A stretch of DNA of 64,000 bases from assembly GCA_031580995.1 (NCBI GenBank), contig JAVLCC010000005.1, positions 379 through 64,378 on the forward strand, in the 5' to 3' direction. Each line of letters opens with the position of its first letter. Position 1 is the first letter of the stretch. The position numbers and the translations under genes were made by a program. The notes under the pieces are model-generated. The model had not been told where the DNA came from, ran no database searches, and saw only the letters and a list, made by a program, of their open reading frames with translations. Shown here piece after piece: positions 38,061 through 48,871 of this stretch. Source of the DNA: Microbacteriaceae bacterium. GTDB lineage: Bacteria > Actinomycetota > Actinomycetes > Actinomycetales > Microbacteriaceae.

Positions 38061-39685
38061 GTGGTCCGCTGATTGTTCAAAGCGACAAGACCGCCCTTTT
38101 AGAAATAGATCACCCCGATGCAATAAATGCAAGACATGATCTTTCAATCTTTGCGGAATTGGAAAGAGCTCCAGAGCACATCCACACCTACCGCATCACA
38201 AAACTTGGACTATGGAATGCCAGGGCTGCCGGTCACGACAGTCAGTTTGTGATTGATGTTTTAGAAAAATACTCTAAATACCCAATCCCGCCAGCAGTCA
38301 CCAAAGACATAGCCGATCTAATGTCTCGCTATGGAAAACTGCACATCCAACGAGATGATGAAAATAGATTGCTACTACTCAGTGATGACAAAGCAGTTTT
38401 AGCAGAGGTTGGCAGACAGAAAAAAATAAAAGAACTAATCACAGAGCCTGTGGTTGGTGGTTTTGTTTTGGCCGAATGGGCAAGAGGAGCTGTCAAACAG
38501 GAATTATTGAAAATTGGCTGGCCCGCTGAAGATCTAGCGGGTTATGCAAAGGGTGAACCAATGGCGATTGAGCTAGACACCGAGAACTGGTCACTGAGGG
38601 ATTATCAAACACAGGCCGTGAATAGATTCAATGAACTGGGTAGTGGTGTGGTTGTGTTGCCCTGTGGGGCCGGCAAAACCCTGGTGGGTGCAGCTGCGAT
38701 GGCAGAGATAAAAACAAACACATTGATTTTGGTCACCAATTCCGTCTCCGCAAGACAGTGGCGGGAAGAGTTAGTAAACAGAACAACTCTGACTGAGGAT
38801 CAAATCGCTGAATATTCTGGATCCAGCAAAGACCTAGCCGAGGTCACCATAGCCACCTATCAGATTCTGACCACCAAAAGAGGTGGGCAGTATCGACACC
38901 TTGAATTACTAAATGCCCGCGACTGGGGTCTGATTGTCTATGACGAGGTGCATCTGCTACCTGCGCCAATATTTAAAATGACCGCCGAGCTGCAAGCAAA
39001 GAGACGTCTTGGGTTGACGGCAACCTTGGTAAGAGAAGACGGTCGCGAGGGTGATGTGTTTAGTTTGATTGGACCCAAACGCTTTGACGCTTTATGGAAA
39101 GACATTGAAGCTGAGGGTTATATCGCCCCGGCGAACTGTTACGAGGTTCGAATCCCGCTAACTGATGAAAAGCGCATGGAGTATGCAATTGCCCAACAAG
39201 AAGAACGTTTCCGAATAGCTTCCACAATTGATGAAAAAATTGCGCTGACTAAACAAATCTTGAAAAACCACCCGGGTGAACCAGCGCTGATCATCGGACA
39301 GTATCTGGACCAAATCGAACAGTTTTCTAAAACATTGGACATTCCAAAACTCACCGGAGAGACCCCGGTGGATGAAAGAGAAAGACTTTATAAGGCATTC
39401 AGGGAAGGAACTATTCCCGCTTTGGTAGTCAGTAGAGTGGCCAATTTCTCAGTGGATCTTCCCGAAGCAAGTGTCGCTATTCAGGTGAGTGGCTCCTTTG
39501 GATCAAGGCAAGAAGAGGCGCAGCGTTTGGGAAGAGTGATGCGACCCAAAGCCGATGGTCGCTCAGCGCATTTTTACACCCTGATTTCAAGAGACACCGT
39601 CGAGCAAGACTTTGCTCAAAACCGTCAGCGGTTTCTAGCTGAACAGGGCTATGGCTATCAAATCATTGATTCAGACCAGCTCTAA
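38057..39685 (+). CDS. XPB/ERCC3-type SF2 DNA helicase
   Basis: 542 aa. Contains LRDYQTQAV, LPCGAGKTLVG (Walker A), YDEVHLLPA (DEVH box), GLTATLVRED and QRLGRVMR (motif VI). Confidence 0.9.
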   Translation: MSGPLIVQSDKTALLEIDHPDAINARHDLSIFAELERAPEHIHTYRITKLGLWNARAAGHDSQFVIDVLEKYSKYPIPPAVTKDIADLMSRYGKLHIQRDDENRLLLLSDDKAVLAEVGRQKKIKELITEPVVGGFVLAEWARGAVKQELLKIGWPAEDLAGYAKGEPMAIELDTENWSLRDYQTQAVNRFNELGSGVVVLPCGAGKTLVGAAAMAEIKTNTLILVTNSVSARQWREELVNRTTLTEDQIAEYSGSSKDLAEVTIATYQILTTKRGGQYRHLELLNARDWGLIVYDEVHLLPAPIFKMTAELQAKRRLGLTATLVREDGREGDVFSLIGPKRFDALWKDIEAEGYIAPANCYEVRIPLTDEKRMEYAIAQQEERFRIASTIDEKIALTKQILKNHPGEPALIIGQYLDQIEQFSKTLDIPKLTGETPVDERERLYKAFREGTIPALVVSRVANFSVDLPEASVAIQVSGSFGSRQEEAQRLGRVMRPKADGRSAHFYTLISRDTVEQDFAQNRQRFLAEQGYGYQIIDSDQL

Positions 39686-39709
39686 CTCCCCCAGCTAACT
39701 CTCAGGAAT

Positions 39710-40429
39710 ATGTCAGACAACAATGAGATTATTCTCAGTATGAGTGATATCAAAGTATTAGTCGTCGATGACGAACCAAACATCCGTGACTTGTTGTCCG
39801 CAAGTTTGAAATTTGCAGGCTACGAAGTTCAAACCGCAATCAATGGCAAACAAGCAATCGAATCTGCCGTCACCTGGCAACCAGACATAGTTGTTTTGGA
39901 TGTGATGCTTCCGGATATGAACGGTTTCAGCATCACTAAAAAACTTCGTTCAATGGATGTCACCACACCTGTTTTGTTTCTAACCGCCAGAGATGAAACC
40001 CAAGACAAAATAACTGGGTTGACAGTTGGTGGTGATGACTATGTGACAAAGCCATTTAGTTTGGATGAAATCCTTGCCAGGCTGCAAGCAATCCTTAGAA
40101 GATCCTCCGCTCAAGAATTGCAGGCATCGGTTATAAAAGTCGGTGAATTAGAAATCAATGAGGACGCTCACGAGGTTCTGGTGAACGGTTCCATGGTTGA
40201 TCTCTCCCCCACCGAGTATCAGTTGCTCAGGTATCTCGCAGTAAATGCAAATAGAGTGCTAACGAAGGCACAGATTCTTGACCACGTGTGGGAATATGAC
40301 TTCAATGGAGAGATGGGAATTGTGGAAAGCTACGTTTCCTATCTTCGAAAGAAACTAGACCCCGTGAGCAGCAAACCACTGATAACCACCAAACGCGGTG
40401 TCGGATACATGATTAAGGCAGACAGCTAG
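39710..40429 (+). CDS. OmpR/PhoB-family response regulator
   Basis: The receiver has VLVVDDE, the VLDVMLPDMNG acceptor Asp, T (LFLTARD) and K (YVTKPF). The winged-helix C-terminus contains RGVGYM. The start may instead be the ATG at 39740. Confidence 0.9.
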   Translation: MSDNNEIILSMSDIKVLVVDDEPNIRDLLSASLKFAGYEVQTAINGKQAIESAVTWQPDIVVLDVMLPDMNGFSITKKLRSMDVTTPVLFLTARDETQDKITGLTVGGDDYVTKPFSLDEILARLQAILRRSSAQELQASVIKVGELEINEDAHEVLVNGSMVDLSPTEYQLLRYLAVNANRVLTKAQILDHVWEYDFNGEMGIVESYVSYLRKKLDPVSSKPLITTKRGVGYMIKADS

Positions 40430-41908
40430 TTGCGAATTGGCAATTTATTAGATCGAGTTTCACTCAGAAGCAAGCTAACCGCCTTGGCGGTAATGCTGAT
40501 TGCACTTCTGTTGGCTGGTTCCTCGATTTCAACAGTTGCCCTTTTGAGAACCTATCTCCAATCAAACACCGACACTTTGCTCAGCGCCACTGTTTCGCAG
40601 CTAAAAAATGAAAACCCCGCCTCCTTGGAATTTCGAATGGGTGCGGGGCTTATCAACCTTCCTTCGCTACCCAGTGGTTACTACATAGCCTTTGTTGGCA
40701 AAGATGGTGACCTTGCCCTGGGTCTGGTGGCAAGCGGTAGTGAGTCAAGAGTGGTTCCAAACGTAAGTGGTCTGGATTTAGATTTTGTTAGATCAACACA
40801 GGGAATCCCTTTTGATGTTGAGGTTGAAACAGAAGCTCGGGATGTTGAATACAGAGTTGTTGCCGAACCATTGACCCGATTTCAAGGTTCGGTGGTCATA
40901 GCACTTCCCGTGAATGAAAACAGAAGATTGATCGCTGAGTATTCAGCCATTGGTGGTCGAGTTGGTTTGGTTATCTTGGTGCTGGCAGGATTTTCAATTT
41001 GGCTAACAATTTCTTCTGCTCTGAGACCACTTCGAGAAGTGGAGAGAGCTGCCAAAGATGTTGAACAGGGAAACTTCCAGAAACGGCTTTTAGAAAAGCC
41101 CGAGAACACAGAAATAGGAAAGCTAAATAAGTCTTTGAACTCCATGCTCGACGGGGTTGAAAATGCCTTTATCGCCAGGGGTAAAACTCTGGATCAAATG
41201 CGCAGATTTTTATCCGATGCAAGCCATGAACTGAGAACACCGCTAGCGAGCGTGCAGGGTTATGCGGAGTTGTATCGCATGGGGGCAATGAAGAAAAAAG
41301 CAGATGTTTCAGAAGCTATGGAGAGAATTGAAGCTGAGGCTAAACGCATGAGCGGATTGGTTGACAATCTGTTGACGCTAACTCGACTAGACGAACTAAG
41401 TGAACTGGAAAAAACCGAGGCGGATGTTTTGGCAATAGCTCGATCCGCAGTTCAAGATGCGCAAGCAGCCAATTTAGATAACGACTTTGAAATCTGTGAT
41501 TTGGCAGGAGCGGATCTTCCAGAGGCGAAGCAACTCAGAGCGGAAGTTGATTCAAATCAGATCAAACAGGTATTTACCAATCTTTTAGCCAACGCTGCAA
41601 GATTCAGCCCCGCTGATAAACCAGTTTCAGTTTCTTTGGGTGAATCCGATGAAGGACTTGTCATCAAAGTCATTGACCGAGGCGAGGGAATCCCAGAGCA
41701 GTTCCGCGAGAAAGTTTTTGATCGTTTTTATCGAGTAGATAATTCAAGAAACAACGAAACCGGCGGCAGTGGTCTGGGGCTTGCGATTGTGAAATCAATA
41801 GTTGAGGCTCATCACGGCAGTATTGAAATCAAGGAAACAGAGGGTGGCGGAGCTACCTTTGAAATCCTTTTGCCCATCACCCAAGATTCCACAGTTACTA
41901 ACAGCTAG
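40430..41908 (+). CDS. Sensor histidine kinase (2 TM, HAMP, HisKA, HATPase_c)
   Basis: 492 aa. Contains the H-box SDASHELRTPL, N-box LLANAARF, G1 DRGEGI and G2 GGSGLGLAIV. The TTG start abuts the response regulator stop. Confidence 0.9.
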   Translation: MRIGNLLDRVSLRSKLTALAVMLIALLLAGSSISTVALLRTYLQSNTDTLLSATVSQLKNENPASLEFRMGAGLINLPSLPSGYYIAFVGKDGDLALGLVASGSESRVVPNVSGLDLDFVRSTQGIPFDVEVETEARDVEYRVVAEPLTRFQGSVVIALPVNENRRLIAEYSAIGGRVGLVILVLAGFSIWLTISSALRPLREVERAAKDVEQGNFQKRLLEKPENTEIGKLNKSLNSMLDGVENAFIARGKTLDQMRRFLSDASHELRTPLASVQGYAELYRMGAMKKKADVSEAMERIEAEAKRMSGLVDNLLTLTRLDELSELEKTEADVLAIARSAVQDAQAANLDNDFEICDLAGADLPEAKQLRAEVDSNQIKQVFTNLLANAARFSPADKPVSVSLGESDEGLVIKVIDRGEGIPEQFREKVFDRFYRVDNSRNNETGGSGLGLAIVKSIVEAHHGSIEIKETEGGGATFEILLPITQDSTVTNS

Positions 41909-41953
41909 GTATTCAAGCCAATCAAGCTATTTGAAATAGGCAATGATTTTGGC

Positions 41954-42241
41954 ATGCCCCAATTTTCAGTAGACAGTGAAAGAGTAATGGCCGCCAATGG
42001 CACCATCCAGGCCACCATTGGACGTTTGAAATCTGAGGTGGACACTCTCCACACCCAGCTCATTGCCTTGCAAGATTCTTGGCAGGGTCAGGCTTCCACC
42101 AGTTTTCAAGAGCTGGTCGTTCGTTGGCGAACAACATCGGATTCGGTTGATGCGCAGCTAGCTGAGCTAGGTTCCGCTTTGGCTTATGCCGCCCAGCAGT
42201 ATTCAGAGATTGAACAGGCCAACCAAAGATTGTTTTTATAA
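41954..42241 (+). CDS. WXG100-family (EsxA/B-like) type VII secretion substrate
   Basis: 95 aa, helical. Has the central W-x-G motif (DSWQGQ) and a C-terminal YxxxE motif (YSEIE). Confidence 0.85.
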   Translation: MPQFSVDSERVMAANGTIQATIGRLKSEVDTLHTQLIALQDSWQGQASTSFQELVVRWRTTSDSVDAQLAELGSALAYAAQQYSEIEQANQRLFL

Positions 42242-42277
42242 AAAAACAGGGTGACCAATTTGGCCACCCTGTTTTTT
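42241..42277. terminator. Bidirectional intrinsic terminator shared by WXG100 (+) and groEL (-)
   Basis: A6-ACAGGGTG...CACCCTGT-T6, an 8-bp outer stem plus an inner CCAA/TTGG pairing. Confidence 0.8.
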
Positions 42278-42288
42278 GTGAACTTTTT

Positions 42289-43917
<1,629 letters not shown>

Positions 43918-43947
43918 TTATCTCCCGTTGCTCTTAAAACGAATTAG

Positions 43948-43974
43948 TTAGCACTCCCATAACAAGAGTGCTAA
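43948..43974 (-). promoter_or_regulatory. CIRCE (HrcA operator) copy 1, perfect
   Basis: TTAGCACTC-N9-GAGTGCTAA, an exact match to the CIRCE consensus, 37 nt upstream of the groEL start. Confidence 0.9.
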
Positions 43975-43981
43975 CTAATTT

Positions 43982-44008
43982 TTAGCACTCTAAGTCAAAG
44001 AGTGCAAG
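43982..44008 (-). promoter_or_regulatory. CIRCE (HrcA operator) copy 2, imperfect right arm
   Basis: TTAGCACTC-N9-GAGTGCAAG. The left arm is perfect and the right arm matches 7/9. Confidence 0.75.
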
Positions 44009-44035
44009 CTAACGAGATTATTGTTTTAAGAAAAC

Positions 44036-44239
44036 TTATTCAACAATGCTGACATCTTGAGCCTGTGGACCCTTAGGACCATCTGTTAGCTCAAACTCAA
44101 CACGCTGATTTTCTTCTAGATTTTTGAATCCGTTTGAATTGATTGCACTGTAGTGAACAAACACGTCAGCGCCGCCATCCTGGGCAATGAAACCAAAGCC
44201 TTTTTCTGAATTGAACCACTTAACTACTCCGGTGGCCAT
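44036..44239 (-). CDS. cspA: Major cold-shock protein
   Basis: 67 aa. Contains [15 protein letters not shown] (RNP1) and VFVHYS (RNP2). Confidence 0.95.
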   Translation of the reverse strand: MATGVVKWFNSEKGFGFIAQDGGADVFVHYSAINSNGFKNLEENQRVEFELTDGPKGPQAQDVSIVE

Positions 44240-44397
44240 AACTACCTCTTCCTTACTATTTCACCCACTCTGGGTGAGACGAAACGGAAGCAATGCCGCC
44301 GAACTCGACTTTGAGTGAGTCTAGTAGCAGAATGATACAAATTGTTTAACTAAATGATTCTGTCAGCTAGTTGTTATCAACCCTTAGGGGGGTCAGT

Positions 44398-44796
44398 ATG
44401 GAATATCCCGTCTCAAAGACAAACGAACAGTGGCGTGAAGAACTTGATGAGATCGAATTTCAGGTTCTAAGGCTCGCGGGAACAGAGAGGCCATTCACCG
44501 GAGAATTGCTGGATGAACACCGTGAAGGAGTCTTCACCTGCAGAGGTTGCGGTGAGGAACTATTTGATTCAGACACCAAGTTTGATTCCAAATCAGGATG
44601 GCCAAGTTTCTATGAGCCAAAAAACACTGAAAAAGTTGAATTAGTCGATGATGTCAGTCACGGCATGGTCCGCACCGAAGTCAGATGCGCCAAATGCGGA
44701 GGTCACCTGGGGCACGTTTTTGACGATGCCCCGCAAACACCAACTGGTGAGAGGTTTTGTATCAATAGCGTCAGCCTGAAATTCAAAGCAAGCTAG
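44398..44796 (+). CDS. msrB: Peptide-methionine (R)-S-oxide reductase
   Basis: Has CxxC pairs (CRGCG, CAKCGGHLGHVF) and the catalytic RFCINS motif. ATG at 44398 is preceded by AGGGGGG; the track start at 44371 is probably too long. Confidence 0.92.
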   Translation: MEYPVSKTNEQWREELDEIEFQVLRLAGTERPFTGELLDEHREGVFTCRGCGEELFDSDTKFDSKSGWPSFYEPKNTEKVELVDDVSHGMVRTEVRCAKCGGHLGHVFDDAPQTPTGERFCINSVSLKFKAS

Positions 44797-44805
44797 CATC
44801 TCTCT

Positions 44806-45426
44806 GTGCCAACAATTGAAAACCTAATCGGTTGGCTTTTGGTCTCGATTGTCATCATCATCATTCCGGGTCCTGGAGTCACCTTCGTTATCGCCAGAGC
44901 GATGACCATCGGTCGCAAGGGAGCGGTGCTCACTGTCTTTGGTCACGCCGCAGGAGTTACCTTGCAGATTCTCGCTGTTGCCTTTGGTCTCGGAGCACTG
45001 GTTGCCTCCAGCGCAATTGCATTCAATGTCATGAAATTTCTCGGCGCTGGGTTTTTGGTCTATTTGGGAATCCGAGCAATTATCACCCGTAAACAACCCA
45101 TCGATCTCTCACTGGATGGAAACGTCAAAACTAGAAAAGTTCTAACCGACAGCTTCGTGGTTGGCATCACCAACGCCAAGACCATTGTCTTTTTTGTTGC
45201 GACCATGCCCCAGTTTGTAAACCCTGAGTTTGGAAACGTGCCAATTCAGATGCTTTTACTCGGCGCAATATTTTTGGTAATCGGAACACTGAGTGATTTG
45301 GTTTATGCATTTGCTGCAGGAAGTGCAAGAGAGTGGCTAGTGAACTCAGAATCACGAATTGCAGCCGTTAGGGCAGCCGGTGGCGTTGCGATTGCAGGTG
45401 TCGGAATCCACACTGCTGTGAGCTAA
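44806..45426 (+). CDS. LysE/RhtB-family amino acid exporter
   Basis: 206 aa with about 6 TM helices. The N-terminal segment IIIIPGPGVTFVIARA is typical of the family. Confidence 0.8.
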   Translation: MPTIENLIGWLLVSIVIIIIPGPGVTFVIARAMTIGRKGAVLTVFGHAAGVTLQILAVAFGLGALVASSAIAFNVMKFLGAGFLVYLGIRAIITRKQPIDLSLDGNVKTRKVLTDSFVVGITNAKTIVFFVATMPQFVNPEFGNVPIQMLLLGAIFLVIGTLSDLVYAFAAGSAREWLVNSESRIAAVRAAGGVAIAGVGIHTAVS

Positions 45427-45431
45427 TACAG

Positions 45432-45504
45432 AGCCGGCAAGGGGACTTGAACCCCTAACCTTCCGATTACAAGTCGGATGCGCTACCAGTTGCGCCATGC
45501 CGGC
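45432..45504 (-). tRNA. tRNA-Thr (anticodon TGT)
   Basis: Hand-folded cloverleaf. Acceptor stem GCCGGCA/TGCCGGC, anticodon loop CTTGTAA, T arm AGGGG-TTCAAGT-CCCCT. CCA is not encoded. Confidence 0.88.
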
Positions 45505-45525
45505 AAACCTTTGAAAGTCTAGCGG

Positions 45526-46359
45526 TTATTCAGCCATTGTTGACTGCACGAATGAAGCAAACCTTGCTGGGTTTACCAATTCATCACCGGTTGCCCAGGT
45601 GTATTCCTCACCATTGACAACAACCGCTGGTGTTCCAGAGATCTGGATTCCGCTATCTGGTCTTGGGTTTGTCAGCACCTCATTGGTGGTCTCTTGAATC
45701 CAGTCACCAAAAGCTTTCGATTCAACACAGGCTGTGAAATCCTCATCCACGTTTACCCCAGCTTCTTCGGCAATGTCCAAAAGATCATCATTGTCTAGAT
45801 TGCCCGTTCCCTCACCTGGTTGGCGCTCCATCAAGATTCCATTCACGTCAAAGAAACTCTCTGGGCTGTAGTTTGCGGTGCAGGCTGAGAAGTTTGCAGC
45901 CCTTGATGAATAGTTATCAACACTTGAGCGGTCTAAAAAGCTAATTGGGTGATATTCAACTGTTGCAACTCCAGTGTCAACCCATGAGCGAATCTGTTGA
46001 CTGTTTGGAACATCAAATGCCTGGCAAACAGGGCACTGATAATCCATCCAAATCTGAATGTTAGGAATGTCTTGCTGCTCAGCATCAGCTATTGGTTCTA
46101 GCCCCTCACCCAAACGAATGCCGTTGTCATATTCCATGTTTGCAGGCTTCTCATCTAACTCTGGCCTTGCGACATCAGAACCCTGGGAGCCAAAGATGAA
46201 GGCAACCACCACACCGACTGTTCCTAATAAAACCACAACAACACTTAGCTGAATAATCAGCTTGTTGCGCTTTTCCTTCTTCTGCTGCTGTTCACGAATT
46301 TCACGTGCTTTTTGTCTTGCGATTTCGCGCTGCTCGGAGCGAGTTGGCTTTTCGTTCAT
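45526..46359 (-). CDS. Membrane-anchored DsbA-like thiol:disulfide oxidoreductase
   Basis: 277 aa. Has a basic N-terminus, one TM helix and a thioredoxin fold with CPVC (DYQCPVCQAF). Confidence 0.82.
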   Translation of the reverse strand: MNEKPTRSEQREIARQKAREIREQQQKKEKRNKLIIQLSVVVVLLGTVGVVVAFIFGSQGSDVARPELDEKPANMEYDNGIRLGEGLEPIADAEQQDIPNIQIWMDYQCPVCQAFDVPNSQQIRSWVDTGVATVEYHPISFLDRSSVDNYSSRAANFSACTANYSPESFFDVNGILMERQPGEGTGNLDNDDLLDIAEEAGVNVDEDFTACVESKAFGDWIQETTNEVLTNPRPDSGIQISGTPAVVVNGEEYTWATGDELVNPARFASFVQSTMAE

Positions 46360-46498
46360 GAAGGGAATTATCTTTCTAGTTACTGAGAAAACCCTAATAG
46401 TCTACAAAGCTTATGAGATACTTTTGTAGCTCAATAAAGATGTTGGGTGCTTTCACAACGGATCGTCCGGCACGTACCTGCCGGTGAAGGAGATAAAA

Positions 46499-47572
46499 AT
46501 GGCTTCGGTCAAATTCGAAAAAGCCTCCAGGGTTTACCCCGGTGGCACCACCCCCGCGGTAGATCAACTAGAACTAGACATCAAAGACGGTGAGTTCCTA
46601 GTTTTGGTTGGACCTTCTGGTTGCGGTAAATCCACAAGCTTGAGAATGCTTGCAGGATTGGAAGAAGTAAACGACGGTGCAATTTATATTGGCGACAGAG
46701 ATGTCACCGACGTTGCACCAAAAGATAGAGACATCGCGATGGTGTTTCAAAACTATGCCCTCTACCCACACATGACCGTGGCTGAGAACATGGGATTCGC
46801 TCTCAAGATTGCAGGCATTGCCAAAGAAGAGCGTGCAGAGAGGGTTTTAGAAGCCGCAAAGCTTCTGGATCTAGAAGATTACCTATCCCGCAAGCCAAAG
46901 GCACTTTCTGGTGGACAGCGCCAGCGTGTTGCGATGGGCCGAGCAATTGTTCGTCAGCCTCAGGTGTTTTTGATGGACGAGCCACTGTCAAACTTGGATG
47001 CAAAGCTCCGCGTTCAAACCAGAACTCAGATTGCTTCACTGCAGAAGCGTCTTGGAGTCACCACTGTTTATGTCACCCACGACCAAGTCGAGGCTATGAC
47101 CATGGGTGATCGAGTAGCTGTTTTGAAAGATGGATTATTGCAGCAGGTTGCATCCCCAAGAGAGCTTTATGACCGCCCAGCTAACGTATTCGTTGCAGGC
47201 TTTATCGGTTCTCCCGCAATGAACCTAATGCAGCTTCCAATCGTTGATGGCGGAGTTCAGTTTGGTGATGTTGTTTTGCCAGTTGGCAAAGAGGTCACCG
47301 AGAAATCAAGTGCCTCTAAGGTCACGGTTGGAATCAGGCCAGAGAAGTTTGAGGTCAGTGAGCACGGGTTGCCTGCAACTATCGACTTAGTTGAAGAGCT
47401 GGGAAGTGATGGATACCTCTATGGTCGCGCCCAGGTTGAGGGTGCAGATGTGAATCTGATTATTCGCACCGATCCTCACGACCACCCAATGGCTGGCGAC
47501 CAGATTCACCTGCGCTCGACTGCCGAAGAGGTTCACATCTTCGACACCGAGAGTGGTGAGCGACTTAACTAG
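46499..47572 (+). CDS. Sugar ABC transporter ATP-binding protein (MsiK/MalK/UgpC type)
   Basis: Contains GPSGCGKST, LSGGQRQRVA and FLMDEPLSNLD plus a TOBE-like C-terminus. ATG at 46499 is preceded by GAAGGAG. Confidence 0.9.
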   Translation: MASVKFEKASRVYPGGTTPAVDQLELDIKDGEFLVLVGPSGCGKSTSLRMLAGLEEVNDGAIYIGDRDVTDVAPKDRDIAMVFQNYALYPHMTVAENMGFALKIAGIAKEERAERVLEAAKLLDLEDYLSRKPKALSGGQRQRVAMGRAIVRQPQVFLMDEPLSNLDAKLRVQTRTQIASLQKRLGVTTVYVTHDQVEAMTMGDRVAVLKDGLLQQVASPRELYDRPANVFVAGFIGSPAMNLMQLPIVDGGVQFGDVVLPVGKEVTEKSSASKVTVGIRPEKFEVSEHGLPATIDLVEELGSDGYLYGRAQVEGADVNLIIRTDPHDHPMAGDQIHLRSTAEEVHIFDTESGERLN

Positions 47573-47575
47573 TCA

Positions 47576-48871
47576 ATGACCAATCTAAAGTTCCTCTCTG
47601 CCACGGCCGAACCAGCACTGCTGGATCTGCCGTGGCAGTTGGCTTTAGAGGACTGGCCAGAGGAAAAAATAGCTGCCCTACCAAAAGGCATATCTCGGCA
47701 CACGGTGCGCTTTGTAAAATTGGATGACCACGTGATTGCCATCAAAGAAACATTGTTTGATTTAGCAAAGCGTGAATACGAAATGCTTAGAGATTTAGAA
47801 AAACTTGAAATTCCCTGCGTTGAACCGTTTGCGATTGTCTCTGGCAGAAAAACCGAAGATGGCGAAGAGCTACCGGCTGTTTTGATCACCAGGCATTTGA
47901 AGTATTCACTCCCCTACCGGGCTATGTGGTCACAAGGAATCAAGGAGCAAACAGCCAAAAGACTGGTTGATGCGCTGGCGCTACTGTTAGTGAGACTTCA
48001 CCTGATTGGTTTTTTCTGGGGGGATGTTTCACTATCAAACACCTTATTTAGACGTGACGCCGGGTCCTTCGCTGCATATTTGGTGGATGCTGAAACTGGG
48101 CAGTTATATGAATCAAGGCTTTCCAACGGCCAACGTGAAAATGATCTGGAAATTGCAAGGGTGAACATTGCTGGGGAATTAATGGACCTAGTTGCAAGTG
48201 GCAAAGCCCAAGAGGTGGACCCAGTTGCAATCTCGCAACGAATAGTTGATAAATACCATTCGCTCTGGAAAGAGCTCACAGAGGTCCAAGCATTTGCTGG
48301 TGATGAGCGCTACAAAATCGAAGAGCGTGTCAGAAGACTGAATGAGCTCGGCTTTGACATTGAAGAGATGCGAATGGAAAGAGCCCCTGGGGGTTCGGAG
48401 ATAAAGATTCAGCCAAAGGTTGTGGATGCGGGTCACCATCAAAGAAGGCTTATAAGACTCACTGGTTTAGATGTTGAGGAAAACCAAGCCAGAAGGCTTC
48501 TAAATCAGATTGATGAATTCGCTTTACACAATGACCCTGATGCAGATGAGGAAATGATGGCGCATAAATGGCTCAGCCAAGAATTTGAGCCAGTTGTCAA
48601 TGCAGTTCCCAGAGAGCTAAGAACCAAGATTGAAAATGCCGAGTTATTTCACGAGGTCTTGGAACACCAGTGGCAGAAATCCAATGAACTGGAACGAGAC
48701 GTTGAATTACTGGAAGCAGTGCAGAGCTACACCGATGAGATTTTGGTCAACAGGCGCGATGAATCCGCATACTTGGGAACCACAACAGAAATGATCACCC
48801 TTCCTAATCCGGTTCCCTCTGGGGAGTATGTAGTGGATGAAGAAGAAGGCGACTGGAGAGATCTGGTTTAG
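47576..48871 (+). CDS. DUF4032-like protein with N-terminal lipopolysaccharide-kinase/RIO-like fold
   Basis: 431 aa. Starts 4 nt after the ATPase stop. The N-terminal region (ISRHTVRFVKLDDHVIAIKE...REYEMLRDLE...GDVSLSNTLF) resembles a protein-kinase-like fold. The family call is from memory. Confidence 0.6.
   Translation: MTNLKFLSATAEPALLDLPWQLALEDWPEEKIAALPKGISRHTVRFVKLDDHVIAIKETLFDLAKREYEMLRDLEKLEIPCVEPFAIVSGRKTEDGEELPAVLITRHLKYSLPYRAMWSQGIKEQTAKRLVDALALLLVRLHLIGFFWGDVSLSNTLFRRDAGSFAAYLVDAETGQLYESRLSNGQRENDLEIARVNIAGELMDLVASGKAQEVDPVAISQRIVDKYHSLWKELTEVQAFAGDERYKIEERVRRLNELGFDIEEMRMERAPGGSEIKIQPKVVDAGHHQRRLIRLTGLDVEENQARRLLNQIDEFALHNDPDADEEMMAHKWLSQEFEPVVNAVPRELRTKIENAELFHEVLEHQWQKSNELERDVELLEAVQSYTDEILVNRRDESAYLGTTTEMITLPNPVPSGEYVVDEEEGDWRDLV

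Noticed and set aside
47569-47889. 106-aa minus-strand ORF overlapping the start of the DUF4032-like gene
   Set aside because: It lies inside a better-supported plus-strand gene, has no recognisable motif, and its start would sit inside that gene.
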